Shown: positions 17,217 through 26,884, counted from the stretch's first letter. The stretch: DNA of 32,058 bases from Methanosarcinales archaeon (GCA_003661105.1 QMVM01000001.1:1-32058), one strand, 5' to 3'. Numbers and translations are program-made. Notes: a model not told the origin generated them from the letters alone.

Positions 17217-17789
17217 TTAAAACTCCACCTTTGGTGCGGTTTCCGCTCCTTCCTCCGCCTCGAAGTACGGCCTTTCATCAAACCCAAACATTTTGGCAAC
17301 GATTGCCGCTGGCATCCTCTTTATCATGGTGTTGTACGCCCTGACCTCTTCGTTGTAGCGCATCCGTTCTACTGCAATGCGGTTTTCCGTCCCTTCCAGT
17401 TGTGATTGCAAGGCAAGGAAGTTTTCGCTCGCCTTCAGATCAGGGTAATTCTCAACGACTACGAGAAGTCTTGAGAGCGCTGAATCCATCGTGCCGGCAG
17501 CCGCCATCTGCTCCTTAGTCGAGGACGCCGCGCCCCACTGACTCCTCGCTCTTGTAATCTCGGTTAATAGTTCCTCTTCATGCGATGCATAACCCTTCAC
17601 AGTCGAAACGAGGTTCGGGATCAGGTCGACTCTTCGCTGGTACTGGCTCTCCACCTGAGCCCATGCTTTGTCAACCCCCTCCTCAGAACTTACGAAACCG
17701 TTGTACATCGATAGGAACCAGCCGCCAGTAAGCAGTGCAACTACTGCAATTACGGCCACAACGATAAGTGCTGTATTCTTAGAACTCAT
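17217..17789 (-). CDS. lemA: LemA family protein
   Basis: 190 aa with an N-terminal TM helix, then YNGFVSSEEGVDKAWAQVESQYQRRVDLIPNLV...ENYPDLKASENFLALQSQLEGTENRIAVERMRYN, the canonical LemA pattern. Confidence 0.88.
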   Translation of the reverse strand: MSSKNTALIVVAVIAVVALLTGGWFLSMYNGFVSSEEGVDKAWAQVESQYQRRVDLIPNLVSTVKGYASHEEELLTEITRARSQWGAASSTKEQMAAAGTMDSALSRLLVVVENYPDLKASENFLALQSQLEGTENRIAVERMRYNEEVRAYNTMIKRMPAAIVAKMFGFDERPYFEAEEGAETAPKVEF

Positions 17790-18433
17790 TCAATCACCTC
17801 AAATTCATCAACGATCTCTCCAATGTCCGATAGTACCTTGATGATATCTCTGATGTACTGCTCCTTCTCCTTCTTAAATTTGGCATTGCCGCGCCGTATA
17901 TCATATATCTCTCTTAAGACGTCCGTGTCGACATCATAAGCGTTCGAGACTGCCCTCCACATATCACCGGTGCTGCTGGCAGGTAAGTCCTTCAGGTACA
18001 GGAGCGATCCAACGATCGGCGCAAGGACCGGGACTGATGCGAGGGCAAGCCTCTCGAGATCCTTGCCCTTGAACCTTAGATATTCCCCGCGGAGGTGGAG
18101 CAGCTTTGACCGGAACTCAAACTCAAGCTGATGTCGCAGGTGCGCCTTTGATATCACAAGGTCTTTTAAGAGGTCTTCACCATCAAGCATCGTATGGTGC
18201 TGCTTGATGTTTAAAAATTCGATGGGAAACACATCGGAACCGTCGAAGAGTTCCTCCTTTGTCAAGAGAAGCGGTATTTCCTTAGTCCCTTTGAGTTTAT
18301 GCAGCGTATCAAAGTCGATACTATTGCATACCGCAAGGAGCATCATATCGTCGCCAGTCTGATATTCTGCAAGTGTTACCAGATTAGCTCCCAGAATCGT
18401 CTTTATTTTCTCCACATCCGTCTCTTTTGCCAT
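17786..18433 (-). CDS. Hypothetical cytoplasmic protein, third member of the TPM-LemA operon
   Basis: 215 aa with no TM helix. Its stop overlaps the lemA start (ATGA), and it lies 54 nt downstream of the TPM gene. The N-terminus (LVTLAEYQTGDDMMLLAVCNSIDFD) vaguely resembles a degenerate nucleotidyltransferase fold; that is inference only. Confidence 0.5.
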   Translation of the reverse strand: MAKETDVEKIKTILGANLVTLAEYQTGDDMMLLAVCNSIDFDTLHKLKGTKEIPLLLTKEELFDGSDVFPIEFLNIKQHHTMLDGEDLLKDLVISKAHLRHQLEFEFRSKLLHLRGEYLRFKGKDLERLALASVPVLAPIVGSLLYLKDLPASSTGDMWRAVSNAYDVDTDVLREIYDIRRGNAKFKKEKEQYIRDIIKVLSDIGEIVDEFEVIE

Positions 18434-18487
18434 ATTATCACCACATTATCATCGATTATCATCAAACACTGCTCACCAGCCTACACA

Positions 18488-19246
18488 TCACCATCCGCCT
18501 CCGAATCCGCCACCCCCGGACATGCCACCTCCGAAGCCACCGAATCCGCCACCTCCGAATCCGCCACCCCCGGACATGCCACCTCCGAAGCCACCAACAC
18601 CTCCGTAGTACATATATCCGCGCCCTCCACCCCTCCGCCCTACAGACATCAGGATGAGTAGGGCTATGATGAAAATGAAAAAGATCACCGTCCCGATCCC
18701 CCCGCTGGAGGTGCCGGTACTACCCTGATTGTTCATGCTGTACTCGGAGATGATCTCCTCATCGCCTTCGAGGAGCCCTTCGATTATGATCATAGCCTCA
18801 TAGATGCCTTTTCCGTATTCGCCATTTTTGAAATTGGGTGTGATGATCCTATCGCCAATATTCACCTTCATGCTGTCGGTTATCACCCCTTCAAGCCCGT
18901 AACCAACTTCAAACCTGTATTTTCGTTCCTGTTTTGCTACAAGAATCAAAAGACCGTTATCTTTATCCTTTTTACCTATGCCAGCCTGTTCGAAGAGTTT
19001 TACCGCATACGTCTCTCTGGATTCGCCTTCAAGAGATTCCACGGTAACAACAACGATCTCAACTGTTGTCGCTCCTTCGATATTCTTTGCAAGCTCGGTT
19101 ATCTTCGCTTCATAGGCCGGATCGATCATATCCGCATCATCGGTGACAAACCCGGTGAGCTGCGGATAATCGACGGCTGCAACCACCGATAAGGCGGACA
19201 AGAGGATCAGCAGAATCAATATTACAGATGGCTTTGTCATTTTCAT
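18488..19246 (-). CDS. TPM-domain (YgcG-like) protein with a C-terminal TM helix and Gly-rich tail
   Basis: A signal/anchor sequence is followed by GFVTDDADMI...TVEIVVVTVESL...NGLLILVAKQERKYRFEVGYGLEG (TPM phosphatase-like domain), a TM helix, and then a GGFGGGMSGGGGFGGG repeat tail. Confidence 0.78.
   Translation of the reverse strand: MKMTKPSVILILLILLSALSVVAAVDYPQLTGFVTDDADMIDPAYEAKITELAKNIEGATTVEIVVVTVESLEGESRETYAVKLFEQAGIGKKDKDNGLLILVAKQERKYRFEVGYGLEGVITDSMKVNIGDRIITPNFKNGEYGKGIYEAMIIIEGLLEGDEEIISEYSMNNQGSTGTSSGGIGTVIFFIFIIALLILMSVGRRGGGRGYMYYGGVGGFGGGMSGGGGFGGGGFGGFGGGMSGGGGFGGGW
18501..18594. repeat. In-frame tandem duplication (54-nt period) within the Gly-rich tail of the TPM gene
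   Basis: The 40-nt string CCGAATCCGCCACCCCCGGACATGCCACCTCCGAAGCCAC occurs exactly at 18501-18540 and again at 18555-18594. Confidence 0.85.
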
Positions 19247-19451
19247 CGTACCACGGTCGCTCCTTGAACAACTTTTAATCCTATCTGTCTTAACTTATAT
19301 AAAAGCTCTCCAGCTGGAGTTGGTTGCCAACTTACCGTATGTGCTGAAGAACACCCCCTCCCGTGGAATCCATGCTGATACGGTTGGGTACGGAGTATCA
19401 TAGTAGAGTGTGCGTGTGTCTTCTTAACCACACCCTACTCTGCGGTCTTAA

Positions 19452-20654
19452 TCACCCAAACACGGCTCTTCGCACAGCGTCGATATTAGCATCCACCTCG
19501 ATTGGCTTTGGGCAGACATCCACAACCTCGGTCGGATCCTTCATGATGTTGCCAGTCGTGATACAGACGATCCGCTCATCAGCGTCGATCCGCCCCTCCG
19601 CAACCAGTTTGCGCAGTCCGGCAACCGATGTCGCACTTGCCGGCTCAACACCGACCCCCTCTGTCGATGCCAGATTCCGCTGCGCAGAGATGATCTCATC
19701 ATCAGAGACCGAGATTGCAAGCCCGCCCGATTCCCTGATCGCGCGGAGTGCTTTTGCAGCGTTTACAGGGTCCCCGATCCGTATTGCAGTTGCAATTGTC
19801 TCTGGGTTGGGATCGGGCACAATCTCTGCAAGTTCGCGGTCTATAGCGTCCACGACCGGACGCGAACCCTCTGCCTGGATGCCGGTCATCTTCGGGATCG
19901 CATCGGTGACGCCGAGTTCTTTCAGTTCCTTAAAACCTTTGTATATTGCGGAGATGTTACCAGCGTTTCCGACAGGCAGTATGACCCGGTCAGGAACCTC
20001 CCACCCGAGTTCATCCACAATCTCAAAAGCGATCGTCTTCTGACCTTCCAGCCGAAACGGGTTGATCGAGTTTAAGAGATAGAAACCGTACTCGTCGCAG
20101 ACCTCGCGCACGAGCCGGAGAGCCTCGTCAAAGTTTCCGCGGATGTTTAAGACCTTTGCGCCATGAATCAGTGCCTGTGCGATCTTGCCGAGCGCAACTT
20201 TCCCACCGGGAAGCAGCACCACTGCAGGAATCCCTGCTTTTGCCGCATAAGTCGCAAGCGATGCAGACGTGTTTCCCGTGGACGCACATGCAACGGTCTT
20301 CATGCCAAGTTCGATCGCCTTTGTCACACCAACGGTCATGCCTCGGTCCTTGAATGATCCGGTTGGGTTCAATCCCTCGTGCTTGACAAAGATCTCGGAT
20401 AGCTCCAGGTCATCCTTGAGTCGTTCTGTGCGGTATAGTGGAGTGCCGCCCTCCCTGATCGTCACCGGCTTGATATCTACAGGAAGGAGTGCTTTATACT
20501 TCCAGACCGATCTGCATTCATCGGTTTTGCGAAAGTCTATCTCCGATAGGTCATAGATCACCTCTAAAAGTCCGCCACATGATGGGCAGGTGTATATGAT
20601 CTCATCAGGATCGTATAGGGTGTGGCACTCGATGCACTGGAGTTGGTAATTCAT
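19452..20654 (-). CDS. thrC: Threonine synthase
   Basis: 400 aa, with an N-terminal Zn-ribbon (CIECHTLY...CPSCGG) and the PLP lysine motif PTGSFKDRGMT. The length and pattern are typical of archaeal ThrC. Confidence 0.9.
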   Translation of the reverse strand: MNYQLQCIECHTLYDPDEIIYTCPSCGGLLEVIYDLSEIDFRKTDECRSVWKYKALLPVDIKPVTIREGGTPLYRTERLKDDLELSEIFVKHEGLNPTGSFKDRGMTVGVTKAIELGMKTVACASTGNTSASLATYAAKAGIPAVVLLPGGKVALGKIAQALIHGAKVLNIRGNFDEALRLVREVCDEYGFYLLNSINPFRLEGQKTIAFEIVDELGWEVPDRVILPVGNAGNISAIYKGFKELKELGVTDAIPKMTGIQAEGSRPVVDAIDRELAEIVPDPNPETIATAIRIGDPVNAAKALRAIRESGGLAISVSDDEIISAQRNLASTEGVGVEPASATSVAGLRKLVAEGRIDADERIVCITTGNIMKDPTEVVDVCPKPIEVDANIDAVRRAVFG

Positions 20655-20751
20655 GGTTATCCTTTTGTTGGTGGCGGATGTAAAGGTGTTGGGTCAAGAT
20701 TTTAGTACTTGGCGATCGTATCAAATCACATCAATTCGGAAAGGTGAAATA

Positions 20752-21198
20752 ATGGAACTTAATACAACCATCACGCTCATTGGAGTACGGCTTGCAAAGG
20801 TCGGAACAGAGTTTATTTTCAAAGGTCCTGCCCCGGAATGCGAGGATTGTAGATTCAAGAACAGTTGTATGAATCTGAGCCCCGGGAGAAAATATCGTAT
20901 CGTAAATATCAGAACCACTACCACACATTCTTGTGATGTGCACGACGAGGGCGTGCAGGCGGTGGAGATTGTGGAATCCCCGATCATATCTGCAATCGAA
21001 TCAAAAAAGGCATTCAAAGGCTCGAAGATCGTTTTTGAGCCACCATCGTGTAAAAGAAGCGAGTGTAATATGCACGACCTCTGCCATCCGATCGGGCTGG
21101 AATTCGGTGACAAATGTACAATCTCTGATGTGATCGGGGATGCTCCTGACGAATGCATGAAGGGATTGTCGTTGAAGGTCGTCGAACTGACGCGATAA
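20752..21198 (+). CDS. UPF0179-family Cys-rich protein
   Basis: From ATG 20752 the protein reads MELNTTITLIGVRLAKVGTEFIFKGPAPECEDCRFKNSCMNLSPGRKYRIVNIR..HSCDVHDEGV, the pattern of archaeal UPF0179 proteins of about 148 aa. The track ORF starts upstream at 20653 and overlaps the thrC start. Confidence 0.6.
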   Translation: MELNTTITLIGVRLAKVGTEFIFKGPAPECEDCRFKNSCMNLSPGRKYRIVNIRTTTTHSCDVHDEGVQAVEIVESPIISAIESKKAFKGSKIVFEPPSCKRSECNMHDLCHPIGLEFGDKCTISDVIGDAPDECMKGLSLKVVELTR

Positions 21199-21216
21199 CA
21201 GGCACAGTCTAAAAAC

Positions 21217-21744
21217 TCAAGTTTTCGGACGCACCAGACGGTCGTACACCTCATCGATCATCCCGGAAACATCAATGCTGCACGTCCTTGCAACCAGTAG
21301 AGCAACCGCGTCTGTTTCAACGATTCCCAGACGTTCATGTGCATCATTGATCAGGCGTATGACCTCTTGCTTGCTTTTCACGCCAGATAGCTGCTCGACC
21401 ACCCGGTCGATTATGGCACTCTCATCAGATGCTTCTTTGGTCTCTTTGAGTAACACCTCGTCCTTAGTAGCAGTGGCATCGATGGATCGCTCCTGACGAT
21501 ATAGTATGCTCTGGTCCGGTCTGAAATCGACTGGAATCTCCACTGAATGGATATCGAATAACGGCTCAACCACTTCACCTGTGATCCGCACAAGCTCTCG
21601 TTGCTCTGCATTTGCAAGTACTGACTCTGCCTGATCAGGCGAGAACCATTTCAGATCGAGGGAGAGCGCAAATACGAATTCACTGATCGAGGTTACTTTC
21701 CCCTTCTTCCGGAATATATGGGCGACGACCTGTTCCAGAGTCAT
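21217..21744 (-). CDS. Conserved archaeal hypothetical protein (DUF2240-like)
   Basis: The 175-aa ORF has protein-like composition, and its start overlaps the upstream ORF stop (ATGA). The family name is recalled from memory and not verified. Confidence 0.45.
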   Translation of the reverse strand: MTLEQVVAHIFRKKGKVTSISEFVFALSLDLKWFSPDQAESVLANAEQRELVRITGEVVEPLFDIHSVEIPVDFRPDQSILYRQERSIDATATKDEVLLKETKEASDESAIIDRVVEQLSGVKSKQEVIRLINDAHERLGIVETDAVALLVARTCSIDVSGMIDEVYDRLVRPKT

Positions 21745-22241
21745 GCATTCCCTTGCCTGAGCGCCTCAACGATTCTACCTGCCACCTGCCTGCACTCGGT
21801 CATGCCGGGTCCGGAATTGAGATGAACCATAAGCGTGAGCAGATCCCCGTCCAGATGCATCCGCACCAGATAGTCATCGCCAGTAAATGCGATCATCCTA
21901 TATTTTTCATCGAGGCGGCTATATTTTAGTGATATCTTAAAATCAAGCGTGCCATCACTCTCGATCCCGACCAGAACCGCGTCCACGCTGGCAGGGCTTA
22001 AATGCGCAAAATCGAGATTATTCTCGACGATGTATACCGCAATCTCGCGTTTTGCCTTGACGGTGTGCCCCCCTTGGTCGGGCGATTCCGTGGTGAACAT
22101 CTCGTGTCTTCCGTCCAGCCCCGCCATCGTCCGGACCAGATACGGGAGGTCCTCGTAGTACCGGTATTTCTGCTCGAAATGAACATCACTCTTCGGGAAA
22201 TGGTAGTAGATGCGCTTTCTCATATCCATATTCTCGATCAC
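21741..22241 (-). CDS. Hypothetical protein, translationally coupled between serA and the DUF2240-like gene
   Basis: The 166-aa ORF has a GTG track start overlapping the serA stop. ATG alternatives are at 22229 and 22223. I recognise no motif. Confidence 0.45.
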   Translation of the reverse strand: MIENMDMRKRIYYHFPKSDVHFEQKYRYYEDLPYLVRTMAGLDGRHEMFTTESPDQGGHTVKAKREIAVYIVENNLDFAHLSPASVDAVLVGIESDGTLDFKISLKYSRLDEKYRMIAFTGDDYLVRMHLDGDLLTLMVHLNSGPGMTECRQVAGRIVEALRQGNA

Positions 22242-23803
22242 ACTTTGATCAGTTCAGCATCAGAGACTCCGTCGACACCCCGGATCTCGCCGAGCAGCGT
22301 GTCAGGAACGTCTGAGTCGACATTCAGGACCATGATCGCCCGGTCATCCGTCCCGGTTTCGCTGACCTGCATCCCGGATATGTTGATCTTCTCCCTGCCA
22401 AGGATTATGCAGCAGGGACCGATGATATTCGGGCGGTTCTCGTGCCGTGAGATAATCATGTGGCTCGATGGTACGATATCGAGACGGCACCCATCGATAC
22501 TGAGTATCCGCAAGGCACCACTGATGAGCGCACCGGTGACCGATCTCGACTCACCCCCTCCGGCAAGCGCAATCGTTATCGACTGCTGATCCACAGTCTC
22601 GGTTGATTTACTCTCCTTGATCCTAATCTTTCGCTCCTTTGCAAGTTCCGGAGCGTTTACATAGTTAACGCTCGCCCCCATCGACTGCGAAAGAACACCT
22701 TTGAGTGCTGCAAGCGTAACCATCCTTAAATCGGTGTCAAAGACCGCACCAGAGTAGTCGATCTCGATCGCATCGAAACTGCGCATCAATTGGGCACATA
22801 TACCCCCGAGCGTCTCTGCAACACTGATATATGGCGCAACCACACCCATGGCATCGGACTGGATGTGCGGCAGGTTGATCGCGGTCGTTACAGACTCGCC
22901 ACTTAGCGCGGCAAGCACCTGATTCGCGACATCGACCGCGACCGCGACCTGTGCCTCCGCTGTAGACGCGCCGAGATGCGGAGTTACGATCACACGATCC
23001 AGATCAAGAAGCTGGCTTCCTGTCGGAGGCTCGTTTACGAAGACATCGAGTGCGGCGCCGGATACCTGGTTTTTATTGACAGCACGGACGAGCGCGTCCT
23101 CATCGATGACCCCGCCGCGTGCGCAGTTAATGATCCTGACGCCGGGCTTCATCATCTCGAACTGGGCGTCGCTGACCATGCCTCTGGTCTCGTCTGTAAG
23201 TGGCGTATGCACCGTGATGTAGTCGGACTCCTTAAGCACAGTCTCGAGGTCTACGAGTTCGATCCCGAGTTCCTTTGCACGCTCTTTTGGTATGAACGGA
23301 TCATAAGCGATGATCTTCATTAGAAGACCTTGCGCACGTTTTACAACTCCTATTCCAACTCTCCCAAGCCCGATCGTGCCGAGAACCTTTCCACGAACCT
23401 CGCTTCCTGTGAACAGTTTGCGCTCCCACTTGCCAGCCTTCAACGAGGCGTTCGCCTGCGCCACATTCCTTGATAGCGCAAGCATCATCGCGATCGTGTG
23501 TTCTGCTGCTGAGATCGTATTTCCTTCGGGAGTGTTCGCAACGATTATTCCTTTCCTCGTCGCTGCGGCGATATCGATGTTATCGACACCGACTCCAGCC
23601 CTGCCAACGATCTTGAGGCGGTCTGCTGCATTTATAATTTTTTCTGTTACCTTTGTCCCGCTTCTGATCGCAAGGGCATCGTACTCTGGTATGATGCTTA
23701 CGAGTTCGTCCTCGGAAAGACCGGTATTGACATCCACGTCATGTTCTGCTCTGAGTATCTCCAAACCCTCTTCTGCGAGGGGATCGCTTACAAGAATTTT
23801 CAC
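22238..23803 (-). CDS. serA: D-3-phosphoglycerate dehydrogenase with C-terminal ACT domain
   Basis: 521 aa with the NAD-binding motif GTIGLGRVGIGV, the D-2-hydroxyacid dehydrogenase catalytic region and C-terminal ASB/ACT domains. The GTG start has GGAGGT 8 nt upstream. Confidence 0.9.
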   Translation of the reverse strand: MKILVSDPLAEEGLEILRAEHDVDVNTGLSEDELVSIIPEYDALAIRSGTKVTEKIINAADRLKIVGRAGVGVDNIDIAAATRKGIIVANTPEGNTISAAEHTIAMMLALSRNVAQANASLKAGKWERKLFTGSEVRGKVLGTIGLGRVGIGVVKRAQGLLMKIIAYDPFIPKERAKELGIELVDLETVLKESDYITVHTPLTDETRGMVSDAQFEMMKPGVRIINCARGGVIDEDALVRAVNKNQVSGAALDVFVNEPPTGSQLLDLDRVIVTPHLGASTAEAQVAVAVDVANQVLAALSGESVTTAINLPHIQSDAMGVVAPYISVAETLGGICAQLMRSFDAIEIDYSGAVFDTDLRMVTLAALKGVLSQSMGASVNYVNAPELAKERKIRIKESKSTETVDQQSITIALAGGGESRSVTGALISGALRILSIDGCRLDIVPSSHMIISRHENRPNIIGPCCIILGREKINISGMQVSETGTDDRAIMVLNVDSDVPDTLLGEIRGVDGVSDAELIKV

Positions 23804-23990
23804 CTATATTACCTCCCTCGGTATGTTATGATGTGTCTGTGATCTTATATCTTAAAACGTGTGTGGTGCAATCATCGATGCGGGTATTTTAGTGCCCGAG
23901 TTCCGCTGGCAGCAGTTCGCCAGATTGGATAATCTTTCTTATTATAGCCGCTATTTCACGATCGATGAAATCATATCCGATTACCTACTG

Positions 23991-24037
23991 GTAACAACGT
24001 TATCACCTAACAATATTGTTATATAACAGATTTGTTA
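23991..24037. promoter_or_regulatory. Array of three TAACA/TGTTA inverted-repeat sites (operator-like)
   Basis: GTAACAACGTTATCAC lies at 23991-24006. TAACAATATTGTTA at 24008-24021 is a perfect 14-bp palindrome. ATAACAGATTTGTTAT lies at 24022-24037. The centres are about 15-17 bp apart, in the intergenic region upstream of serA. Confidence 0.35.
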
Positions 24038-24250
24038 TGTAAGATTTATCGGTTTTCACCATCGAAAATCCCACCTGCGCACGCCGTCCACGCGTGGGGG
24101 CGGTATATGCATCCGGCGAGCACACTCCATTAATGGCGTGCTCGCGAATCGCATCAGGATATGTGGACATCGTGGTTATGGCAGGTTAGTTTCATGCAGG
24201 GTGTAAAATTAATGGCATACAACTTGCAGGTGACTCTCGGCAGAGCTGCC

Positions 24251-24616
24251 TCAGGGTTCACGATCCTTCCTGCCTTTCTCGAAGACCGAAGGAAGATGTA
24301 CTATATACCTCCCGTCTTCCTTCATAGACATAATAATCTCTTCCCGCTCGAGCAGCGATTCAAGATTCAGTTCATAAGACCCCTTCTCCAGGATGCGGAT
24401 CGATTCGACCTCCATATCAGGCACCGTCTCCTTTTTTTCTTCCACCTTATCCGACTGCGTTTCCGCATCAGTGTCTTCTGCATCCGTCTTGGTCTCGGTC
24501 ACTGATTTTGCTGGCACGTACAGAAACTTGTTCCACCCACAATTCGGACAGCCGTTTAAGATGTCGACTGAACCGTCCTCAAATATATGTTCGCAGTTGG
24601 TGCATTTGTGGGGCAT
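24251..24616 (-). CDS. Zn-ribbon protein with an acidic linker (archaeal COG3364/DUF2072-like)
   Basis: The 121-aa protein MPHKCTNCEHIFEDGSVDILNGCPNCGWNKF has a CxxC...CxxC ribbon, then a D/E/T-rich linker and a conserved C-terminal domain. Confidence 0.6.
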   Translation of the reverse strand: MPHKCTNCEHIFEDGSVDILNGCPNCGWNKFLYVPAKSVTETKTDAEDTDAETQSDKVEEKKETVPDMEVESIRILEKGSYELNLESLLEREEIIMSMKEDGRYIVHLPSVFEKGRKDREP

Positions 24617-25188
24617 AGCTGTTATTTTGTTCTCATGGGTATTCTTTTTATCTATCGCGGAGGTGTGTCACCTTGCCTGGGTGTTATGCCAAAACCACAA
24701 GTGTTGCGGACATCCAAAACCAGAGGCAGCAGATGCAAGACTTAGATCAACAATTGCCTGCGCTAACGCACAGCATCAGGGCAACTTACGCAGCCGCTTA
24801 TGTATAACTATGATAAAGACGATATTGCTGAATACTCCACACCGAAAAAGAAGCGATGGAAATTGTCGAAAGAAGATGGAAAACTGATTTGGAGACATTT
24901 AAAAGATATACAGAAGCGAATCCGTTCCGTAGAATAGTTGCCATTACCGATGAGGAGGTACTGAGGATTTGTGAAAAACTAAAGAAGAAAGCCGAATGAG
25001 CCTCACCAACGGATTATGAATGCTTCCCAGTTTATGGTGAGGCGCAAGTCGCACTCCCTTCAGTTATGCGCTCTGCTCTCGTCTCTGCCACCGCACCAGA
25101 TATGCAATTGCGAGCACCCTGCGCGGCACAACTTTTAAGAATGCCAGAACCAAAGTCACAGTCCGACACAATATCGGAGTTATCATAA

Positions 25189-26547
25189 ATGGACGTTACG
25201 AAGATCACACTCGACGAAAATGAACTGCCAAAGCGTTGGTATAACATTGCAGCAGACCTGCCAACCCCACTTGATCCGCCGCTTAACCCGCAGACAAAGG
25301 AGCCAATCACTCCGGATGATCTGTCTGCGATCTTCCCGATGTCGCTTATCAAGCAAGAGATGAGCACAGACCGGTGGATTGATATTCCAGGCGAGGTTCG
25401 CGACATCTATGCGCTCTGGAGACCGACCCCGCTGTACCGGGCGATGCGACTGGAGAAGGCACTGAAGACGCCTGCCAAAATCTACTACAAATGGGAAGGT
25501 GTAAGCCCGCCCGGAAGCCATAAACCAAACACGGCAGTTGCGCAGACGTATTACAACGCAAAAGCCGGAATCGAGCGGATCACGACCGAAACCGGAGCCG
25601 GGCAGTGGGGATCTGCACTCTCGTTCACCACACGCCTCTTGGATCTTGAATGCACTGTGTACATGGTCAGGGTCAGTTACGACCAGAAACCATACCGCAG
25701 GATAATGATGGAGACGTGGGGCGGGAAAGTGTTCCCAAGCCCGAGCAATAAGACCGAATGCGGAAGACGATTCCTTGCAGAGGCACCAGATACCACAGGC
25801 AGTCTTGGCATGGCGATATCAGAGGCGGTCGAGGATGCTGCAACGCATGATAATACAAATTACGCGCTCGGATCTGTTCTCAACCATGTGATGCTGCATC
25901 AGAGCGTGATCGGGCTTGAGATACAGAAGCAGTTTGAGATTGCGGAAGAGACTCCTGATATCATGTTCGGATGCGTTGGCGGCGGAAGCAACTTTGCGGG
26001 CGCGGTATTCCCGTACATCGGAGATACCTTACAAGGGAATGCGGACGGCCCAAGAATCGTGTCATGCGAACCTGCATCATGTCCAACGCTCACGAAAGGC
26101 GTGTATGCGTATGATTTCGGAGATACCGGGCAGATGACCCCGCTTCTGAAGATGTACACACTCGGACACGACTTTGTTCCGGCAGGCATCCACGCGGGAG
26201 GGCTCCGGTACCATGGCAACTCGCCACTATTGTCGAAACTGACACATGAGGGCTACATGGATGCGGTTTCATGCAAGCAGACCGATGTGTTTAAGTCAGC
26301 GCTCCTCTTTGCGAGAACCGAAGGGTTCATACTTGCGCCAGAGACTGCACACTGCGTACACAGTGTTGTCGAAGAGGCGCTGCGGTGCAGACAGACTGGC
26401 GAAGAGAAAGTGCTCTTCTTCTGCGGAAGCGGGCACGGAGACTTTGATCTTGTTGCGTATGATGACTATCTAAACGGCCGGATCGTGGATCCGGAAGAAC
26501 CGACCGAGGCTATAAAACGGTCGATATCGAAATTACCAGAGGTGTAA
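25189..26547 (+). CDS. trpB2: TrpB2-type tryptophan synthase beta-like PLP enzyme
   Basis: 452 aa. The N-terminus [22 protein letters not shown] is characteristic of TrpB2, and the PLP lysine lies in [11 protein letters not shown]. There is no trpA neighbour. Confidence 0.85.
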   Translation: MDVTKITLDENELPKRWYNIAADLPTPLDPPLNPQTKEPITPDDLSAIFPMSLIKQEMSTDRWIDIPGEVRDIYALWRPTPLYRAMRLEKALKTPAKIYYKWEGVSPPGSHKPNTAVAQTYYNAKAGIERITTETGAGQWGSALSFTTRLLDLECTVYMVRVSYDQKPYRRIMMETWGGKVFPSPSNKTECGRRFLAEAPDTTGSLGMAISEAVEDAATHDNTNYALGSVLNHVMLHQSVIGLEIQKQFEIAEETPDIMFGCVGGGSNFAGAVFPYIGDTLQGNADGPRIVSCEPASCPTLTKGVYAYDFGDTGQMTPLLKMYTLGHDFVPAGIHAGGLRYHGNSPLLSKLTHEGYMDAVSCKQTDVFKSALLFARTEGFILAPETAHCVHSVVEEALRCRQTGEEKVLFFCGSGHGDFDLVAYDDYLNGRIVDPEEPTEAIKRSISKLPEV

Positions 26548-26550
26548 GAT

Positions 26551-26724
26551 ATGGGAAAAACAGGAAGTATCCAATGGGTGAAGATCAAGAACAGGAAGGG
26601 CAAGGTTCGACTGGTAGAGCATAACCATGTGACACACAAGCGACCCGGTCCGGCACAGCGCTACTCATCTGCGGGTACAAAGAGACGGCGGATAAAGCGA
26701 TCTGAAAAAGTGGTTGCAAAGTAA
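26551..26724 (+). CDS. Small, highly basic protein (57 aa), candidate unannotated gene
   Basis: MGKTGSIQWVKIKNRKGKVRLVEHNHVTHKRPGPAQRYSSAGTKRRRIKRSEKVVAK* starts 3 nt after the trpB2 stop, with AGAGGTG upstream. A strong hairpin follows immediately. It falls below the 60-aa track cutoff. Confidence 0.45.
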   Translation: MGKTGSIQWVKIKNRKGKVRLVEHNHVTHKRPGPAQRYSSAGTKRRRIKRSEKVVAK

Positions 26725-26742
26725 GTGCCTGTACGCAGGCAC
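26725..26742 (+). terminator. Stable hairpin GUGCCUG-UACG-CAGGCAC directly after the small ORF
   Basis: It has a 7-bp perfect stem with a UACG (UNCG-class) tetraloop and starts 1 nt after the TAA at 26722-26724. No obvious oligo-T follows, so its function as a terminator is uncertain. Confidence 0.3.
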
Positions 26743-26884
26743 AGGCAGGGCGGCGGGACCCTTCTACGGTTTCCCGGGTTCTCTGGTTCCCTGTGAATGC
26801 ACACAGGCGCACAAACGTTCGCGGATACGCTGCATTACAATCCCTTTCAGGGAAGTTTAAGATCAAAAGCCGCCCACTGGTAAC

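Noticed and set aside
18501-18594. Short direct repeats that could be mistaken for a CRISPR-like array
   Set aside because: There are only two copies, they are in frame within a coding Gly-rich tail with a 54-nt period, and there are no unique spacers or cas genes. It is a coding tandem duplication.
24856-24999. 47-aa plus-strand ORF (MEIVERRWKTDLETFKRYTEANPFRRIVAITDEEVLRICEKLKKKAE) in the spacer before trpB2
   Set aside because: The composition is plausible, but I see no motif, no clear ribosome-binding site or promoter, and I cannot assess conservation. That is too weak to call as a feature.
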